Assembly: GCA_020849425.1 (NCBI GenBank)
Contig: JADLGH010000080.1
Span: 823-64,822, forward strand
Reading direction: 5' to 3'
From: Candidatus Dadabacteria bacterium
GTDB lineage: Bacteria; Desulfobacterota_D; UBA1144; Nemesobacterales; UBA2774
DNA length: 64,000 nt
Shown here: piece after piece, positions 49,513 to 57,843 of the stretch
Position numbering within the stretch: the stretch's first letter is position 1
Layout: each line of letters starts with the position of its first letter
The notes under the pieces: generated by a model
What the model was told of the DNA's origin: nothing
Database searches by the model: none
The model's input: only the letters and a program-made list of their open reading frames with translations
Program-made: the position numbers and the translations under genes

Positions 49513-51366
49513 CTATTTTCCCGTCACCCGTTCGAGGATGCTGTAGACCCTGCCGACCATGGCGCGCGCGTCTTCCATGAACCCGGCCGCGACGAGGGCG
49601 TTGTCGAAAATCTGCTCGGCGACGAGCCTTGCAGTTTCGGGGTCCTTGTCCCTGAGCGCAGGGAGGCCGCCGATGAGCCTGTGCGCGGGGTTGAGCTCGA
49701 GGTTGATAGAATTCTCGACCCTGCCCTCACGCTGTATCGCCTTCATCATGCGGCGCATGGACGGGGTCATGAACTTGTCTGCATTGAGCGCCACGGCCGG
49801 GCTTTCGACGAGGCGCTTACTCATGACGACCTCGTTCACCCTGTCCCCGAGGACCTCCTTGAACCACCCGGTGAGCGCCTTCGCGTCCTCTTCCGAGACC
49901 GCGCTTTCGGGAGCGGCCGCCGCATCGTCGCCGAAGTCGATCGCGGCGTTGTCGGCGGAGACGAGCTCATTGTCGCCGTATTTCCCGAGGCTCGTCATTA
50001 CGAATTCATCGACGGGCTCGTAGAGGTAGAGGACTTCGAGGCCGCGCGCACGGAAGGCCTCGATGTGGGGGCCGGCTTCGAGGGTTTCGCGGCCGGGCGC
50101 ATAGAGGTAGTAAATCTCTTTCTGCCCGTCCTTCATACGGGAGGCATATTCTTCGAGCGTCGTGAGCTTGCCCTTTTCCGTCGCCGAGGATTCGTAGCGG
50201 AGGAGCTTTGCGAGCTGCTCCCTGTTTTTAGGGTCCGCCGCTATTCCTTCCTTGAGATATATGGAGAATTTTCGATAGAAGTCCTCGAATTTGGCTGCGT
50301 CCTTTCCGGCCTCGTCTTCGAGGAATTTTATGAACCTCCCGGCAATGACCTGGCCTATTTTTTTCGTGAGTGCGCTGTCCTGCATGCTTTCGCGCGAGAT
50401 GTTGAGCGGGATGTCCGAGCTATCGACGACGCCCTTAAGGAACCGGAGCCAGTCGGGGAGGAGGCCGTCGGGCGCGGGGTCGATGAGTATCCTTCGCGAG
50501 TAGAGGCCGACGCCGGGGTCTACCTTGCCGAAGCCCCACCTTTCGGGGTTCTCGCCGGGGACGAAAACGAGGGCGCTTATTTCGAGCGGGGCGTCGGAGC
50601 TGAAGTGGAGCCTGTAGAGCGGGTCGTCGAAGGCGCCCGCCTGGAACTTGTAGAACTCGTTATACTCCTCGTCCGTGATCTCGGATTTGTTTCTCGTCCA
50701 TATGGGCTGGACGGTGTTCACCTGCTCGCCGTTGAGCTTTATCGGGAACTGGACGAAGCTGGAGTAGTGCGTGAGCACGTCGCGGACGCGGTCGGCGTCG
50801 GCGAATTCCCTTGCGTCGTCCTTTAAATGGGCGACTATCTTCGTGCCGCGTCTTTCGCCGGTCACGGTTTCGATCTCGTAAGAGCCCGAGCCGCCGCTCT
50901 TCCAGAGGAGGCTCTTTCCGTCCTTACGCCAGTCGTGCGTGTGGACCTCGACGGAATCCGCAGCCATGAAGACGCTGTAGAACCCGACTCCGAACCGGCC
51001 TATGAGATCGGGGTCCGCCCTGCCCTCTTCCTTTACGGCCTTAAGGAACGCCTTCGAGCCGGAGTGGGCTATCGTGCCGAGGTTTTGAACGAGGTCCTCC
51101 TCGCTCATGCCGACGCCGTGGTCTTCTATGGTGATCGTGTTTTCCGCCTCGTCGGTCCTGATGTTGATTTCGAGCGGAAGCTCCTCGTCGTATACGTCCT
51201 TCTCTGTGAGCCGGATGTGCCGCAGTTTTTCGAGGGCGTCCGAAGCGTTGGAGACGAGCTCGCGTATGAAGACTTCCTTGTCCCTGTAGAGGGAATTTAT
51301 TACGATGTCGAGGACCTGCCTAACCTCGGCCTGAAACTCGTGTTTTCTCGGTGATCGCTCCGCCAT
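49513..51366 (-). CDS. htpG: Molecular chaperone HtpG (Hsp90)
   Basis: FQAEVRQVLDIVINSLY..KEVFIRELVSNASDA, the GHKL ATPase N-domain. Full-length 617 aa. Confidence 0.95.
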   Translation of the reverse strand: MAERSPRKHEFQAEVRQVLDIVINSLYRDKEVFIRELVSNASDALEKLRHIRLTEKDVYDEELPLEINIRTDEAENTITIEDHGVGMSEEDLVQNLGTIAHSGSKAFLKAVKEEGRADPDLIGRFGVGFYSVFMAADSVEVHTHDWRKDGKSLLWKSGGSGSYEIETVTGERRGTKIVAHLKDDAREFADADRVRDVLTHYSSFVQFPIKLNGEQVNTVQPIWTRNKSEITDEEYNEFYKFQAGAFDDPLYRLHFSSDAPLEISALVFVPGENPERWGFGKVDPGVGLYSRRILIDPAPDGLLPDWLRFLKGVVDSSDIPLNISRESMQDSALTKKIGQVIAGRFIKFLEDEAGKDAAKFEDFYRKFSIYLKEGIAADPKNREQLAKLLRYESSATEKGKLTTLEEYASRMKDGQKEIYYLYAPGRETLEAGPHIEAFRARGLEVLYLYEPVDEFVMTSLGKYGDNELVSADNAAIDFGDDAAAAPESAVSEEDAKALTGWFKEVLGDRVNEVVMSKRLVESPAVALNADKFMTPSMRRMMKAIQREGRVENSINLELNPAHRLIGGLPALRDKDPETARLVAEQIFDNALVAAGFMEDARAMVGRVYSILERVTGK

Positions 51367-51421
51367 TTCGAGATTATTCCTCCGGTGATTCGTCTCTGGA
51401 TTCGGGTATGAAGTCCAAATA

Positions 51422-51468
51422 AAAAATATTCACGGCCGCCGGAATTTCAAGGGCCGGGATTTGAAATT
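51422..51468 (-). promoter_or_regulatory. htpG promoter region with an overlapping inverted repeat
   Basis: The minus strand reads CCCTTGAAA (51453-51445), a 16-nt spacer, then TATTTT (51428-51423). This fits either a sigma-70 TTGAAA-N16-TATTTT or a sigma-32-like CTTGAAA box. An 8-bp inverted repeat AATTTCAA (51443-51450) / TTGAAATT (51461-51468) overlaps the -35. Confidence 0.4.
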
Positions 51469-51503
51469 ATAGAGAGATGCCTCGCGGCGAATCGAGGATG
51501 CCG

Positions 51504-52247
51504 TTACGCCGGTGAATCTACGTCGGTATACAGCGTGACTTCGCCCGTGATGAGGTCGTATTTCCCGCCGACGACCCCGACCGTGCCGCCCTTTATGAGT
51601 GGAGTCAGGATCGGAGAGGCCGTTTCTATCTTCTCGACGCTGAGCCTTACGTTTTCCATGACGGAATTTTGAAGGAGGTCGCCGGGCAATTTTTTGGCGC
51701 GCTCCACGGCCGGGATTATGGTGTCGATTATAGAGGCTATGGAGCCCGGGAATTCCATGTCCGCCCCGGCGGCTTGAACCGCCGCCGTGACCGCGCCGCA
51801 CCTGCTGTGCCCGAGGACCATGACGAGGTTCGCGCCGAGGGTTGCGACGCCGTATTCGATGCTGCCGAGTATGCCGTAGTGAGGGGGGTTGACTATGTTG
51901 CCGGCGATCCGGACGACGAAGAGGTCGCCTATCCACTGGTCGAAGACTATTTCGGGGGAGACGCGCGAATCGGCGCAGGAGAGTATGACGGCGAACGGGG
52001 TCTGCTCGTCGGCGACTTCCATGCGGCGCTCGGGGGTTCTTTCCACCACGCTCTCGTTCATCGAGCCTATGAAGCGCCGGTTGCCGGCCATTAGCTCGTC
52101 GAGGGCCTCGCGCCACGAAAGGGGGCGTTTCAGCCGCCCGCCCTCGGGGTTGCGTGAACGGGGAAGCCCGCTCCAGAGCTTAAAGGATTCGTCCTTCCCG
52201 CGCCCGCCCGGATCGTTACCCTTCCCTTCTTTTTCGTCTTCGCCCAT
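51504..52247 (-). CDS. Beta-class carbonic anhydrase
   Basis: CADSR, FVVR.AGN and GHSRCGA zinc-ligand motifs. Start chosen at the in-frame ATG 52247 (52586-339), which is preceded by AAGGAGG. The longer track ORF runs into radA on the opposite strand. Confidence 0.85.
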   Translation of the reverse strand: MGEDEKEGKGNDPGGRGKDESFKLWSGLPRSRNPEGGRLKRPLSWREALDELMAGNRRFIGSMNESVVERTPERRMEVADEQTPFAVILSCADSRVSPEIVFDQWIGDLFVVRIAGNIVNPPHYGILGSIEYGVATLGANLVMVLGHSRCGAVTAAVQAAGADMEFPGSIASIIDTIIPAVERAKKLPGDLLQNSVMENVRLSVEKIETASPILTPLIKGGTVGVVGGKYDLITGEVTLYTDVDSPA

Positions 52248-52377
52248 GCCGCCCTCCTTTTTTATTCTATTCATACATCCACGGTAGAAAAGGTTTAGAT
52301 GCACACCCCCGGCCGCTCTATTTATTAACCTGAATATTGTATAATGTCCACTCGAACGAGGTCTCCCGGATAACAGG

Positions 52378-53754
52378 ATGAAGAGAACGAGAAGCGTAAC
52401 GCAGTACGTCTGCCAGGAGTGCGGAAACCCGTCGCCGAGGTGGCTCGGGAAGTGTCCCGAGTGCGGGAGCTGGAACTCGTACGCAGAGGAGACGGTGGAG
52501 AAGGCGAAGACGGCCCCGGCAAGGCGGGCCCGGGGCGACGGGCCGCAGCCGATCCCGGTGATATCGTGGGGCGGGGAGGCGCGCATACCGACGGGGAACG
52601 GGGAGCTCGACAGGGTGCTCGGCGGGGGGTTCGTCCCGGGCTCCGTGATACTCGTGGGCGGGGACCCGGGGATAGGGAAATCGACGCTCGCGCTCCAGAT
52701 GCTGAATTACGTGAGCGAGAGGGCCGGCCCGGGCGGGCACGGCTTCCTTTACGTGACGGGCGAGGAATCCCCGGTGCAGGTGAAGATGAGGGCCGAGAGG
52801 ACGGGCGTTTCGTCGGGGGACGTTTACGTGCTCACCGAAACGTCCGTCGAGGCGATACTACAGGAAATGGAGAAGCTCGCTCCGGAGATAGTCGTAATCG
52901 ACTCGATACAGACTATGTTCACCGAGACGTTCGCATCGGCCCCGGGGAGCGTCGGGCAGATAAGGGAATCGACTGCGCGGCTGATGCAGTACGCGAAGTC
53001 GAGCGGGACGGCCGTGTTCCTCGTCGGGCACGTGACGAAGGAAGGGACTATAGCCGGGCCGAAGGTCCTGGAGCATCTCGTCGATACCGTGCTTTATTTC
53101 GAGGGCGGCAAGGACCATCCGTACAGGATCCTTCGGGCCGTCAAGAACAGGTTCGGCTCGACGAACGAGATAGGGGTTTTCGAGATGCTGGACTCGGGGC
53201 TGAGAGAGGTTACGAATCCGTCGGAGATATTCCTGTCCGAGCGGCCGTACAACGCATCCGGCTCGGTCGTGACGCCGAGCATGGAGGGGACGCGGCCGAT
53301 ACTGGTCGAGATACAGGCGCTCGTATCGCCCTGCGGGTTCGGCGTCCCGAGGAGGACCACGATAGGGCTCGACAACAGCCGGGTGTCGCTCCTCCTGGCC
53401 GTACTCGAAAAGAGAGTGGGCTTACAGATATTGGGGCAGGACGTGTTCATGAACGTCGCGGGGGGCGTCAAGATAGAGGAGCCTGCCATAGACCTCGCCA
53501 TTTGCCTCGCGCTCGTGTCGAGCTTCCTCAATAAACCCCTCGACCCGGGAGTCGTCGCCTTCGGGGAAATAGGGCTCGCCGGGGAGGTGAGAGGGGTCTC
53601 TCACGCCGACATGAGGATAAACGAGGCGCGGAAGCTCGGGTTTAAAAAATGCGTCCTCCCGCGCATAAACCTTGACAGACTCAAGCCCGGAGACGATTCT
53701 ATTGCCCTTATCGGGGTCGATTCCGTAGAGGGCGCGGTAGAGGAATTCTTCTAG
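52378..53754 (+). CDS. radA: DNA repair protein RadA/Sms
   Basis: N-terminal zinc finger (CQECG...CPECGSWN), Walker A GDPGIGKST, the KNRFG motif and a Lon-like C-terminal domain. Confidence 0.95.
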   Translation: MKRTRSVTQYVCQECGNPSPRWLGKCPECGSWNSYAEETVEKAKTAPARRARGDGPQPIPVISWGGEARIPTGNGELDRVLGGGFVPGSVILVGGDPGIGKSTLALQMLNYVSERAGPGGHGFLYVTGEESPVQVKMRAERTGVSSGDVYVLTETSVEAILQEMEKLAPEIVVIDSIQTMFTETFASAPGSVGQIRESTARLMQYAKSSGTAVFLVGHVTKEGTIAGPKVLEHLVDTVLYFEGGKDHPYRILRAVKNRFGSTNEIGVFEMLDSGLREVTNPSEIFLSERPYNASGSVVTPSMEGTRPILVEIQALVSPCGFGVPRRTTIGLDNSRVSLLLAVLEKRVGLQILGQDVFMNVAGGVKIEEPAIDLAICLALVSSFLNKPLDPGVVAFGEIGLAGEVRGVSHADMRINEARKLGFKKCVLPRINLDRLKPGDDSIALIGVDSVEGAVEEFF

Positions 53755-53784
53755 TCCCGCCGGACGAGCCATTAGGGATAATCC

Positions 53785-54609
53785 ATGACAAACAACAGCA
53801 ACAAAGCGCCGATAGGCGTATTCGATTCGGGTATAGGCGGGCTTACCGTCGTCCGGGAAATAGCGGCGAGGCTCCCGGGAGAGGACATAATATACCTCGG
53901 CGACACTGCGAGGGTGCCGTACGGGACCAAATCCGGCCGGACCGTCGTCGCGTATTCGCGGAACAACGCCGCGTTCCTCGTGTCGAAGGGGGTGAAGATG
54001 GTCGTCGTCGCGTGTAACACCTCGTCGGCCGTTTCGCTCCCGAGCCTTACGGGGGAGTTCGACGTGCCTGTCGTAGGGGTTATAGAGCCCGGGGCGAGGA
54101 AGGCGGCCGCCGCGACGAAGACCGGGCGTGCCGGCGTCATCGGGACGCCGTCCACCATAAAGAGCTCGGCCTACAAGAGGGCCCTCGAAGCGGCGTCGCC
54201 GGGGATTATGGTGTATACGCAGGCGTGCCCGCTTTTCGTGCCGCTGGCCGAGGAGGGGTGGACCGAGGAGGACATAACGGAGCTCGCGGCGGAGAGGTAT
54301 CTCGCGCCGATGAGGGAATCGGGTATAGATGTTCTCGTCCTCGGGTGCACGCACTATCCACTCCTCAAGAAGACAATCAGGAAGACGGTGGGGGACGGGA
54401 TCGCGCTCGTAGATTCGGCCGAAGAGACGGCGAGGGAGATCGAGAGGGTCCTTACGGAAAGGGGCATGCTGAACCCGCAGACGGGCCCGTCATCGAAGCG
54501 GTACTACCTTACGGACGTTTCCGACACGTTCGTTTCAGTCGCCGGAAGGTTCCTCGGTGAAAAAATAGAGAAAATCGAGATGGTTGATATAACGGGGGCG
54601 GCCGTTTAG
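53785..54609 (+). CDS. murI: Glutamate racemase
   Basis: IGVFDSGIGGLTV, YLGDTARVPYG, the catalytic Cys blocks VVACNTSS and VLGCTHYP. Confidence 0.93.
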   Translation: MTNNSNKAPIGVFDSGIGGLTVVREIAARLPGEDIIYLGDTARVPYGTKSGRTVVAYSRNNAAFLVSKGVKMVVVACNTSSAVSLPSLTGEFDVPVVGVIEPGARKAAAATKTGRAGVIGTPSTIKSSAYKRALEAASPGIMVYTQACPLFVPLAEEGWTEEDITELAAERYLAPMRESGIDVLVLGCTHYPLLKKTIRKTVGDGIALVDSAEETAREIERVLTERGMLNPQTGPSSKRYYLTDVSDTFVSVAGRFLGEKIEKIEMVDITGAAV

Positions 54610-54638
54610 ACCGCCCCGCAGTTTTATCTTCAGTATCT

Positions 54639-55634
54639 TCAGCTTTGGGAGAGAAGGCTCTTTACCCTGGCCGTAAACGGCGGGAGCACGTCGAAGAGAT
54701 CGCCCACTATGCCGTAGTCGCATTTCTGGAATATCGGCGCTTCGGGGTCTTTGTTTATAGCTACGATGACCTTGGAAGAGCCCATACCGGCGAAGTGCTG
54801 TACAGAGCCGGATATGGCGATGGCGATGTAGAGGTTGGGCGACACGGCCTTGCCCGTCTGCCCGACCTGCATGTCGTAGGGGCAGTAGCCCGCGTCGACC
54901 GCCGCCCTCGTGGCGCCGACCGCCGCGCCGAGTATGTCGGCGAGCTCGTAGACGTGCTTGAAGTTCTCCTCGCTTCCGAGCCCCCTTCCGCCGGATCCGA
55001 CTCTATCAGCTTCCGTGAGCTCGGGCCTGTCGGATTCCTTGGCCTTTATCTCGATGACCTTCGTTTTGATGTCGCCGGGGTCGATCGTTACGGCCTCGTT
55101 TATGACCTCGGGTGTTTTCGGGTCCTCGACGGCTTTAAAGGAATTCGGCCTTACGGTCGTCATCATAGGATAGTGATCGAGGAAGAGTTTTGTCGGTATC
55201 GCCTTACTCGAATGGGAGAAGCGCTTTATTTGGAGCTTCTTGTCGTCGGTGGCGTCCACTTCGATGGCGTCCATCGTTACGCCGGCGCCCACGCGCGCGG
55301 CGACCCCGGGGAAGTAGTCCTGCCCGAAGACGGTGTTGCCCGTTATGACCACGGCCGGCTGGTGTTTTTTTATGAGCTCTGAAAGAGCTATCGTGTAACC
55401 TTCGGTGTTAAAATCCTTTAAGGTTTCGTTTTCGACGACGTAGACCTTTTCGGCCCCGTACTTGCCGAGCTCGCCCGCGAGGGAGGATACGTTCGCGCCG
55501 AGAAGCACGCCGCAAACCGGCCCGCCGAACTTGGCGGCGAGCCTGGCCTTAGCCTCGGACAGGGCCTCGAACGTGACCTGCCTTATGCTGCCGTCGATTT
55601 TGAGGTCTGCCACTACCCAGATTTCGCTGCTCAT
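54639..55634 (-). CDS. etfA: Electron transfer flavoprotein alpha subunit
   Basis: C-terminal FAD-binding block (VGATRAAVDAGY.P...QVGQTGK.V.P.LYIA.GISG..QH..G). Confidence 0.9.
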   Translation of the reverse strand: MSSEIWVVADLKIDGSIRQVTFEALSEAKARLAAKFGGPVCGVLLGANVSSLAGELGKYGAEKVYVVENETLKDFNTEGYTIALSELIKKHQPAVVITGNTVFGQDYFPGVAARVGAGVTMDAIEVDATDDKKLQIKRFSHSSKAIPTKLFLDHYPMMTTVRPNSFKAVEDPKTPEVINEAVTIDPGDIKTKVIEIKAKESDRPELTEADRVGSGGRGLGSEENFKHVYELADILGAAVGATRAAVDAGYCPYDMQVGQTGKAVSPNLYIAIAISGSVQHFAGMGSSKVIVAINKDPEAPIFQKCDYGIVGDLFDVLPPFTARVKSLLSQS

Positions 55635-55665
55635 TTGATTCCTCCTGAATGTGTTGTGTGGGGGC

Positions 55666-56505
55666 CTATATGACCTTGGCCTCTTCCCTTAAGAGCTTTA
55701 CGAGCTCTTCGGCCGCGCTCTCGACTTCGGCGCCCTTGACCATGGGCTCGTCCTGCCCCTTTATGATCTTGAGCTTCCTCTGTATCTCGGGGACCTTGAT
55801 CTCCACGGTCTTGACTCGGGCCCCGGCCTTGCCGAGTGAGTCCGCCGTGAGGCCGATCTCTTCGAGGCCGATGTCCGCAACAGGGACTTCCTTGAGCGGC
55901 TTCTTCTTGGCCTTCATGATGCCCGGGAGGGACGCGTACCTGGGCTCGTTCATGGCGTCGGGGCATGTGATGAGGCACGGGAGCTGCACCTCGACGACCA
56001 TGTGACCGCCGTCGATTTCCTTCTGGCAGACCGCCTTTTTGGCCGCAGGGTCTATCTCGACCACCTTGCTCACGAGGGAGACGTGCGGGATGCCGAGCTC
56101 TTCGGCTATCTGGACGCCGACCTGGCCGGATTCCTCGTCGATTATCTTCATGCCCGTGAAGATGATGTCGAACTCGCCCGATTTCTTTATCTCGCTCGCT
56201 ATGACCTTGCCGACCGCGAAGGAGTCGATGTCGGCGAAGCTGTCGTCCGCGATATGTATCGCGCTGTCGGCGCCCATTGCGAGGGCCTGGCGTATCGTTT
56301 CGACGACCCTTGCAGGGCCCATGGATACTATCACTACCTCACCGCCGTGCTTTTCCTTGGTCTGAATCGCCTCTTCGACGGCAAACTCGTCGTAGGGATT
56401 CATAATCCACTTCATGCCGCCTGTGTCCACGGAATCGCCCGACGAGGATACTTTGATCTTGGCTTCGGTGTCCTGTGTCTGGCTGACAACTACGAGAATC
56501 TTCAC
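55666..56505 (-). CDS. etfB: Electron transfer flavoprotein beta subunit
   Basis: MKILVVV....D......MNPYDEFAVEEA pattern. Immediately upstream of etfA. Confidence 0.9.
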   Translation of the reverse strand: MKILVVVSQTQDTEAKIKVSSSGDSVDTGGMKWIMNPYDEFAVEEAIQTKEKHGGEVVIVSMGPARVVETIRQALAMGADSAIHIADDSFADIDSFAVGKVIASEIKKSGEFDIIFTGMKIIDEESGQVGVQIAEELGIPHVSLVSKVVEIDPAAKKAVCQKEIDGGHMVVEVQLPCLITCPDAMNEPRYASLPGIMKAKKKPLKEVPVADIGLEEIGLTADSLGKAGARVKTVEIKVPEIQRKLKIIKGQDEPMVKGAEVESAAEELVKLLREEAKVI

Positions 56506-56712
56506 CTTTAGCGTACCTCCGTTATGAATGTTGAGACTGCGAATACGGTAAAGCCCATTTATGGAAAGATGATTGCTTCAGAGCATTTCGGTCCAACCTG
56601 GATTAGCACTGCCGGAACTCTTTCCAACCCCGACGTGGTGTGTAACTTCCCGGCGCTTGAACGGAGAACGCCCTCCCCCCTCCGAGTCCGAAAGGGTACT
56701 TTATTATAAATA

Positions 56713-56730
56713 TTGACCTTTCCTTGTCAA
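56713..56730. promoter_or_regulatory. Inverted repeat TTGAC-N8-GTCAA in the etfB/eamA divergent region
   Basis: TTGACCTTTCCTTGTCAA, with arms at 56713-56717 and 56726-56730. Preceded by an AT-rich TATTATAAATA stretch. Function unknown. Confidence 0.25.
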
Positions 56731-56834
56731 GGCGAAAATGAACACGGTTTTCAAGATAAAAAACTCCGTTTTTAGAGGGGAAAAGCCCTCCCCCGAGCCA
56801 TGCGCGGGAATACCTGTTACATTATAGTGGTCTT

Positions 56835-57701
56835 ATGAATTCCACGGTTCTCAACGTCGCTCTCCTGGCCTTCGTCATAGTCACGTGGGGATATTCATGG
56901 ATACTGATGAAGATAGGCCTCGGATATGCCAAGCCCTACACGTTCGCGGCGTGGAGGTGCGGCATTGGGGCCGCCGCCCTTCTCGCGTACGTCTGGTGGA
57001 AGGGGCCCAAGTGGCCGGCGCCGAGGAAGCTCCCCGATTACCTGGCCGTGGGGTTCTTCCAGACCACCCTTCTCTTCGGGCTCATGCTGCTCGGCATGGA
57101 GCGCATAACGGCCGGGAAGACGTCCGTACTCCTTTACACGATGCCGGTCTGGACGATCCTCATCGTTCATTTCTATCTGAAGGACAGGCTGAGCCCGACG
57201 AAGTGGATAGGGGTTGCGCTCGGGAGCCTGGGGATACTCTCGATCCTGGGCTTCGACGTGATAACGCAGCAGGACCTTCAAATATTCACGGGAGAGATGT
57301 TAGTCGTCGGGGCCGCCGTCTCGTGGGCCGTGGCGAACATATGGATGAAGACGCGGATGGCGGGAGAGGACATATACACGGTGAGCGCGCTCCAGATGAC
57401 CCTCGGGACCATGCTGCTCCTCTTCATGGCCCTGCCCCACGGGGTGCTGGACGTCAGGTGGACGGCGTATTCCGTATACATACTCCTCTTCACCGGCATA
57501 ATAGCGTCGGCCATCGACTTTACGATCTGGTTTTATCTCATAAAGAAGCTCGACATAAACATCACGACGTTCTCGTCGATGCTCGTGCCCGTGCTCGGGC
57601 TCCTCTTCGACTGGCTCATGCTCGGAAACCCGCTCGACCCGGGGGTCATCGCGGGCGGGGTCTTCATACTCGCAGGTATATACATAGTTTCTAAAAAATG
57701 A
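56835..57701 (+). CDS. EamA/DMT family transporter
   Basis: 288 aa with ten hydrophobic helices in two EamA-like halves. Confidence 0.85.
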   Translation: MNSTVLNVALLAFVIVTWGYSWILMKIGLGYAKPYTFAAWRCGIGAAALLAYVWWKGPKWPAPRKLPDYLAVGFFQTTLLFGLMLLGMERITAGKTSVLLYTMPVWTILIVHFYLKDRLSPTKWIGVALGSLGILSILGFDVITQQDLQIFTGEMLVVGAAVSWAVANIWMKTRMAGEDIYTVSALQMTLGTMLLLFMALPHGVLDVRWTAYSVYILLFTGIIASAIDFTIWFYLIKKLDINITTFSSMLVPVLGLLFDWLMLGNPLDPGVIAGGVFILAGIYIVSKK

Positions 57702-57843
57702 CCGCCCGGCGTACCGATTTTCAGGTTCTATTTGAACGGGCTGTAATGTATAATTGGTAAACGTCTCGTCTTCCCGGATCGCACGAAATCGCACGAGAAA
57801 GAAAAGGATTTGCGAGACGGCGGGGGCAGCCCCGGCTCATACC

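Noticed and set aside
49111-50826. 571-aa ORF antisense to htpG, and similar long antisense ORFs at 3126..4178, 7047..8201, 11678..13285, 18056..19387, 31788..33179 and 44276..45634
   Set aside because: All are codon-aligned mirror frames of well-supported genes (phase checked arithmetically). Their products are low-complexity (E/V/R/G/D/Y-rich) with no recognisable motifs. Avoidance of TTA/CTA/TCA in the sense genes explains them.
52248-52586. N-terminal 113 residues of the 360-aa ORF containing the carbonic anhydrase
   Set aside because: That part overlaps radA on the opposite strand and has no family similarity. A strong AAGGAGG precedes the internal ATG at 52247.
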